A DNA stretch of 63,742 nucleotides, counting the filler, from Octopus bimaculoides (taxonomy: Eukaryota), in the NCBI RefSeq assembly GCF_001194135.2. It is 6 parts of 6 records of this genome, joined end to end, with 100 filler letters (N's around TTAATTAATTAA, not from the genome) between each part and the next. Parts side by side here need not be neighbours in the genome. Positions count along the whole stretch, not along the records: positions 49,204 to 62,122 come from NC_069003.1; positions 62,223 to 63,742 come from NC_068996.1; 4 more parts are not named here. One strand, 5' to 3'. A model generated the notes under the pieces. That model had not been told where the DNA came from and made no database searches. It saw only the letters and a program-made list of their open reading frames with translations. Made by a program: the position numbers and the translations under genes. Of the stretch, positions 57,274 to 63,742 are shown piece after piece (position 1 is the first letter of the stretch; every line of letters begins with the position of its first letter).

Positions 57274-57369
57274 TGAAACGAGAGTATAGCTTTTGTTTTT
57301 CTGTACCAATTCTTTGGCTGCTTTCTCTGCAATGTGTGATGCTTTGACAGGAGCTTGTTTGTGTGGTAC
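57211..57369 (-). CDS. DHX16: DHX16 coding exon 2 (53 aa, contains poly-Asp11)
   Basis: ttttcag|GTA CCA CAC...AAG|gtaagt. VPHKQAPVKASHIAEKAAKELVQKNKSYTL matches human [30 protein letters not shown]. Phase 0-0. Confidence 0.92.
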
Positions 57370-58126
57370 CTGAAAACAGCATCGCAATCATCATTAACCA
57401 ACATCATTATAAATACGATTACAATCAGCAAGAAAATCTTCATTTTAAAGCGAATGAGAGAGCCTCCACATAGCTGCTTAAAATAGCAATGAAATGTCCC
57501 TTGAATTACACCCTGCCACAGTGCTTCTCAAATAATGTCATCATCATTATCCTTTAGCATCCGTTTTCCATGCTGGCATGGGTAAGATGGTTCCACTGGA
57601 ACTGGTAAAACAGAGAACTGCACCAGGCTCCAGTCTGTTTTGGTTTGGTTTTTATGGCTGGATGCCCACCCCCAGAGAGTACCAGATATCTTCTAGATCC
57701 TGTTGCATTTTACAATTTTTTAAGTATATTATATCCTTGGTTATACAATATTAAACTATTACTTAGCTGTTTTACCTGTTTTCTTCTTGCTTATCAGATG
57801 AAAAAAAAAAAGAGAAAGCTGCCTTTGCAATAATAGCTGAATGTCCTTCATACTATGTAGCACCTATTTTATTCTAGTCAGTTAAACCTAGTGGGGTTAT
57901 GTGAATCTAGCTCAGTAGCACAATAAAATAATTAAACCAGCAAGGTTTGAATTCATTAACATACATAAGATAATCCAGTGCCTTCAGTTTCAACCGCAAT
58001 TGCATATATAAACACACATTCTTACATATGAGTGAACTCGGGTAATAACACTCTTAGATGAAGAATGTGGTAGATTGTTTTGTGGTCTTTTCTAGATAAG
58101 TGATACAACTCTCAAATTATATAGAA

Positions 58127-58423
58127 CAGGGGTTTTCAAACTGTGGTCCGCGGACCACAGGGGGTCCGTGGAAAGCCAAGACAGGGGGTCCGTGCAGAGC
58201 CAAGCAAGTACATCCTTCTCAGTAAGTATGTATTAAAAAAATCCTGTGTGTATAATTGACAATAAACCTATTTGTTAAATACTGTTAAATAAATAAATGT
58301 AAAAGTATATGTTATTTTAAGCAAATATCTATGTATAAATTTCATAAGCGTTTATAAGGGGGTCTCTAAGGTAAAGCCTGAAATATAAAGGGGTCCACAA
58401 GTCAAAAAGTTTGAAAACCCCTG
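58127..58423. mobile_element. Complete hAT-type MITE, 297 bp, in DHX16 intron 1
   Basis: Perfect 16-bp TIRs CAGGGGTTTTCAAACT and a perfect 8-bp TSD ATATAGAA (58119-58126 and 58424-58431). Confidence 0.93.
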
Positions 58424-59499
58424 ATATAGAACACTACTATATAATGATGTGAGACAGGGGAACTCGTATTCACTCTTAGGTTAACTGAAAATTCAGATAT
58501 CACTTCTCACTGCTCTTTCTCATAACTATTCTCCCTCTCGTTTGCAAATTGTTATAAACATACGACACCAGCAGCCAACAAAGGAGCTTCCAGCAACCAA
58601 GTTCCATCGATTGTCTTAAAAGAAAGAAAGGCCACATTGGAAAATGCAATTCCAGATATATAATAAGATAGGATGGTCATGGATGGAATGCCTATGCTAA
58701 TATATCTGTTCAATCAAGTTTCACCTACAACTAGACAATGCATAGGGAAAGCCTGAAATAAAAAGTATAAGCAAACTATAGCTTGAAGATGAAATTCATG
58801 ATAGCAGCTGACACATATATTTCAATCATAAAAATATATTACGNNNNNNNNNNNNNNNNNNNNNNNNNNNNNNNNNNNNNNNNNNNNNNNNNNNNNNNNN
58901 NNNNNNNNNNNNNNNNNNNNNNNNNNNNNNNNNNNNNNNNNNNNNNNNNNNNNNNNNNNNNNNNNNNNNNNNNNNNNNNNNNNNNNNNNNNNNNNNNNNN
59001 NNNNNNNNNNNNNNNNNNNNNNNNNNNNNNNNNNNNNNNNNNNNNNNNNNNNNNNNNNNNNNNNNNNNNNNNNNNNNNNNNNNNNNNNNNNNNNNNNNNN
59101 NNNNNNNNNNNNNNNNNNNNNNNNNNNNNNNNNNNNNNNNNNNNNNNNNNNNNNNNNNNNNNNNNNNNNNNNNNNNNNNNNNNNNNNNNNNNNNNNNNNN
59201 NNNNNNNNNNNNNNNNNNNNNNNNNNNNNNNNNNNNNNNNNNNNNNNNNNNNNNNNNNNNNNNNNNNNNNNNNNNNNNNNNNNNNNNNNNNNNNNNNNNN
59301 NNNNNNNNNNNNNNNNNNNNNNNNNNNNNNNNNNNNNNNNNNNNNNNNNNNNNNNNNNNNNNNNNNNNNNNNNNNNNNNNNNNNNNNNNNNNNNNNNNNN
59401 NNNNNNNNNNNNNNNNNNNNNNNNNNNNNNNNNNNNNNNNNNNNNNNNNNNNNNNNNNNNNNNNNNNNNNNNNNNNNNNNNNNNNNTCCAACCTTAGTG

Positions 59500-59505
59500 T
59501 TTAAT
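59500..59505 (-). terminator. Possible poly(A) signal (ATTAAA) for THUMPD3
   Basis: Variant hexamer ~130 nt after the stop in a U-rich 3' region; a gap begins 13 nt further on. Confidence 0.3.
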
Positions 59506-59632
59506 GATTGTAAATGGATTGATGCCAGTGAAAAAGGAAATAGAAAGAATATAAAACTAAACACAATAAAAATTTTTTAAAATAAAGAGAAAAAGTTCAA
59601 TGTAAAAATATGTGGATTCATTAGATCCCATT

Positions 59633-61224
59633 TTACAGATCTGGAATTTGATTGTCTGGAACTGGCATTTCTTGAGGACAGTTTTCTGGTAGTGGAGAAT
59701 GCCACAGAGTTGAAACTGGAGCTCCAGAAAGCTTAGCAGATGTTCTTCGGAATAACCACACACCAGCAGCCAGCCCGCCAATGTTCACCCAAAGGTAAGA
59801 CTGTTTCTTCCAGTATTTGGCAAAATGCTGCATACACTTAAACATGCACTTTTTGTCCTGGGTAAGAAGACAGGCCCGACCAGTGTTCAGCTTGGCAACC
59901 CGTGCCATTTCATACATTACTGCAGGATATAATTTCCAGTTGTTTTTCTTTGAGCCACTTCTTTTCCCGAATGGCAAGTCAGTGATGAAAACATCTACAC
60001 TGTGGCTGGCAAGTGGCAAATGACAAGCATCCCATTTGAAAACATCGATACCAAGCTGAGGCAGCATCTTCTCTTTCCGTTGCTCATTCACAGCATTAAT
60101 GTTACCTTCAATTTTTTCCATCGCTCTATGATGAATCTCCCCACATATGTTCCAGGTTTGGGGCCAACAAACTGAGGCCTGGATTGGAATTGCTCCACTT
60201 CCACACATAGGGTCACAAACAACATCTCCATCCTGAATTTTGCAAAGTCTGAGCATGTTATAGGCAGTGGTTGCACGAAGAGTTGTCGGTCCGAAATTTG
60301 TAATTAAGCGCCGGTGTAAGCTCTCTTTGGTAAGAGCAATGCTAACAGAAACACTGTCATCAACAATTCTCAGAATAACTTCAATATTGAAATTTTTCAT
60401 ATCAACATTCCATTCAAAATAAGTTTGTATTGCACCACCAAAATTCGCTGCTGCAATCATTGANNNNNNNNNNNNNNNNNNNNNNNNNNNNNNNNNNNNN
60501 NNNNNNNNNNNNNNNNNNNNNNNNNNNNNNNNNNNNNNNNNNNNNNNNNNNNNNNNNNNNNNNNNNNNNNNNNNNNNNNNNNNNNNNNNNNNNNNNNNNN
60601 NNNNNNNNNNNNNNNNNNNNNNNNNNNNNNNNNNNNNNNNNNNNNNNNNNNNNNNNNNNNNNNNNNNNNNNNNNNNNNNNNNNNNNNNNNNNNNNNNNNN
60701 NNNNNNNNNNNNNNNNNNNNNNNNNNNNNNNNNNNNNNNNNNNNNNNNNNNNNNNNNNNNNNNNNNNNNNNNNNNNNNNNNNNNNNNNNNNNNNNNNNNN
60801 NNNNNNNNNNNNNNNNNNNNNNNNNNNNTGTAACTGGCTTCTCAGAGATTGGCAAATGAAAGGAATAAACTTCAGACCAAACCGTTAAGCCCATTCTCCA
60901 ATCAACATTTTCAACTAAATATTGAAGCTGTTTCATACATCCTTCCTCGTTACTTCCAAATCCAAAATGAAGATTTTCATGAATCAAGACTGCGCAATTG
61001 TCAACACCATTTAAAGTTAGAACCTTGGACGTGTTCTTTACGGGCAAGCGTATCACTATATGTCCGTGGCCGACACGAACCTCTTCTACACCTAATACTT
61101 CTTTGGCTTCCTCACTGGCCTCTTTTTCGAAGCCGGTACACACGGTGCATTGTACTTGACACCATTCGTCGACGTTTTTATCAGTCAACATAGAAACAGC
61201 ATGACTACTCATAGGGGTCGCCAT
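59633..61224 (-). CDS. THUMPD3: THUMP domain-containing protein 3 (tRNA guanine-N2 methyltransferase); no introns in the sequenced parts; split by N gap 60464-60828
   Basis: N-terminal part (TVCTGFEKEASEEAKEVLG...VDW) and C-terminal part (AANFGGAIQTYFEWNVDMKNFNIEV...LHRRLITNFGPTTLRATTAYNMLRL, SAM-binding DPMCGSG, TDLPFGKR, WVNIGGL) match recalled human THUMPD3. An in-frame TAG lies upstream of the ATG at 61224; TAA stop at 59633-59635. The 365-N gap is about the size of the ~105 aa missing relative to human. Confidence 0.93.
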
Positions 61225-61349
61225 TTCTACGTTTTCTGATTTAAAAAAAATTTGCTTCAGTTCCTATTTGAAGTGTGTCAGTAATTTCCCTCGTTTAATC
61301 TCTAGTGCCCCACGCTGTCAAAAACAGTGGGGACCTTTGTTCTACTCTC

Positions 61350-61367
61350 CTGAAAAGGGAGGAAAAC
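61350..61367 (-). promoter_or_regulatory. Candidate 3' splice site 125 nt upstream of the THUMPD3 ATG
   Basis: Minus strand reads GTTTTCCTCCCTTTTCAG|GAGAG. No ATG occurs between this AG and the THUMPD3 start. Confidence 0.55.
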
Positions 61368-61817
61368 TTTGCATATTGTACTCTTTGATACCTAATGCTC
61401 AGACAGGACATGTTAGCTAGAGAGGAAATTTATTCTGTAAGTTCTTGATCAATTGACTCTAAAATCCCCAAAAATGGACTTTGGCATGCAAAAAAAAAAA
61501 AAAATGCAGTGACCACAAAACAGGACCTAGCTTCAGTATCACGCAGAATCTTAGCTGATGGGAACGATAGCGGCTGGCGGCATAAGTGCTCAGTTGCGGA
61601 GGTGATATCAACAGTCATTCAATACAGTATAATAGAAGACACTTGCTCAAGATGTCGTACAGTGAGACTGAACCTGGAACCATGTGGTTGGGAAGCAAAC
61701 TTCTTACCACACAGCCACTCTTGCGTCAATATATTTCTCAAATATAGCAAGCTACATGGAAATACTTTAGAATACTATTCACACACATAGGATTGCCTAA
61801 ACACGGTACAATCTACA

Positions 61818-61863
<46 letters not shown>

Positions 61864-61976
61864 GATGGGTGTGTTTAATTTTCTGATATTGAAGAGGGAA
61901 ATTTCAAGCCCTGTGACACAGAAAAATAGAAATCAAGACCTTAAGATATCAAATCATTGCGAAAGAGATAGTTTAC

Positions 61977-62122
61977 CTTGTTCCATAATTCTGAACAGAA
62001 ACTAATGACGTTGTCATCCACATCAATTGTGTTTGTATCTTCTATCCTGTTGACAAAATCCTGCGGACTGTGCGACTTGGTGCCCAGCTCAATTAAATAA
62101 AGTGAAATATATTTATCAGATA
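61977..62122 (-). CDS. DHX16: DHX16/Prp2 coding exon 1 (3' part; start codon presumably in the gap from 62123)
   Basis: Manual translation gives SDKYISLYLIELGTKSHSPQDFVNRIEDTNTIDVDDNVISFCSELWNK, then donor AAG|GTAAAC, phase 0. Resembles the recalled human DHX16 N-terminus (SERHVAQFLIG...RDTDTLDL...LWNK). Not in the ORF track. Confidence 0.85.
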
Positions 62123-63391
62123 NNNNNNNNNNNNNNNNNNNNNNNNNNNNNNNNNNNNNNNNNNNNTTAATTAATTAANNNNNNNNNNNNNNNNNNNNNN
62201 NNNNNNNNNNNNNNNNNNNNNNTAATGCATATAACTTAAGATGTTTGCCTTGCCTTAACGTTTGTTATTCTCTTTAACAATTATATATATATATATATTG
62301 AAAAGACATTTGAGCATGAAAAGACATTCGAGCGAGTTCATTGCCAGCCCCGCTGGACTGGCTCCTGTACAGGTGGCACGTAAAATACACCATTTTGAGC
62401 ATGGCCGTTGCCAGTACCACCTGACTGGCCTTCATGCCGGTGGCATGTAAAAGCATCTACTACACTCTTGGAGTGGTTGGCGTTAGGAAGGGCATCCAGC
62501 TGTAGAAACTCTGCCAGATCAGATTGGAGCCTGGTGTAGCCATCTGGTTTCACCAGTCCTCAGTCAAATCGTCCAACCCATGCTAGCATAGAAAGCGAAC
62601 GTTAAACGTTGATGATGATGATCATGATGATATATATAACATATAAAAATATCAGTTGCTAAGGTCATCTCTACAGACTTTCTATAGAAATTATAACCAA
62701 CATCATTGATTGTTATGACGTTACATATCCAACATGTCAGATGTAAACAACAAGATCAAAAACGGACAAATACGTAATGGGTGTTTATATGACACAGTAG
62801 AATACAGTATTGATTTATAAAATCGTTTAATATGCTTTGTAGCATATTATAGTTGCATAACGAAATACAGTGTCCCAATAAGTCATTAATATTTACATAT
62901 CAGCTTCAAAGAGTGTTTATTGTGTAATCCAATAATATTGCATAGTTATATGTAGCGGCTGTTTAAGCACTGTGTGATGTATTATATAGTAGCTATCTCT
63001 ATATGAGTGATGTATATATAGTGGCTATCTCTCATATGTATATGAGTGGTGTATATGTAGTGGCTATATAAGCAATGATGATTAATGGGTTGGATGGATG
63101 CTGCTGGAGGAGCAGAAACTCCCAATATATGCCACATATGCCCACCACCCATTTTTTTCATCTCCAATCTCGTAGTTTATATCAGGCATCTCGGATATGA
63201 AATGTAATAAAATCATTGCTGACTATAATTTCTTTAGAAATTCTATAGAGATAACCTTAAGAAGTGATTTAATAGCACTGCTAACACAGAAGAACACAGT
63301 TCTGACTTATAAGATATACTTTGTAGTATATTATAGTTGCATAATGAAATGCCGTATCCCTACAAGTCATTAATATATACATATTTTGTTT

Positions 63392-63742
63392 GTTTGTTGG
63401 CACTCTGTCGCTTACGATGTCGAGGGTTCCAGTCGATCCGATCAATGGAACAGCCTGCTCGTGAAATTAACGTGCAAGTGGCTGAGCACTCCACAGACAC
63501 GTGTACCCTTAACGTAGTTCTCGGGGATATTCAGCGTGACACAGTGTGACAAGGCTGGCCCTTTGAAATACAGACACAACAGAAACAGGAAGTAAGAGTG
63601 AGAGAAAGTTGTGGTGAGAAAGTACAGCTGGGTTCGCCACCATCCCCTGCTGGAGCCTCGTGGAGCTTTTAGGTGTTTTTCGCTCAATAAACACTCACAA
63701 CGCCCGGTCTGGGAATCGAAACTGCGGTTGGAGGACTGCGAG
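63392..63742 (+). mobile_element. Repeat family D, cut by the window end. Other copies at ~23105-23335, 49204-49425, 52420-52740, 56760-57026
   Basis: Shared GTGTACCCTTAACGTAGTTCTC...GACAAGGCTGGCCCTTTGAA and GGAGCTTTAGGTGTTTTCGCTCAATAAACAC segments. Confidence 0.75.

Noticed and set aside
60457-60830. Apparent frameshift between the two THUMPD3 ORFs
   Set aside because: The offset falls inside an estimated-length N gap, so it is not evidence of pseudogenisation.
1-63742. CRISPR arrays, rRNA or true tRNA genes
   Set aside because: No repeat-spacer array or rRNA seen; tRNA-like stretches are SINE heads.

Overview
Draft-assembly window of AT-rich, microsatellite- and SINE-dense animal DNA. The repeat landscape is typical of an octopus genome; that assignment comes from recalled repeat families, not a search. 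There are many N gaps, five of them fixed 100-nt joins (44 N + TTAATTAATTAA + 44 N). The block 49,204-62,122 carries the 5' nine coding exons of the spliceosomal DEAH helicase DHX16/Prp2 on the minus strand. I traced these by hand with GT-AG boundaries and consistent phases. Exon 1 runs into a gap, and everything after helicase motif I is missing beyond the join at 49,104-49,203. The main finding is an apparently intronless THUMPD3 (tRNA m2G methyltransferase) ORF nested on the SAME strand inside DHX16 intron 1. It is preceded by a candidate 3' splice site and an AUG-free 125-nt leader, suggesting both genes may be made from one transcription unit. Bases 1-49,103 contain no recognisable host gene. 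They hold degenerate Merlin, Penelope, R4/Dong, mariner and possibly piggyBac remnants, MITEs, SINEs, hairpins and a few orphan exon candidates. SINE copies compared by eye are CpG-decayed inside the DHX16 introns but CpG-retaining to the left.
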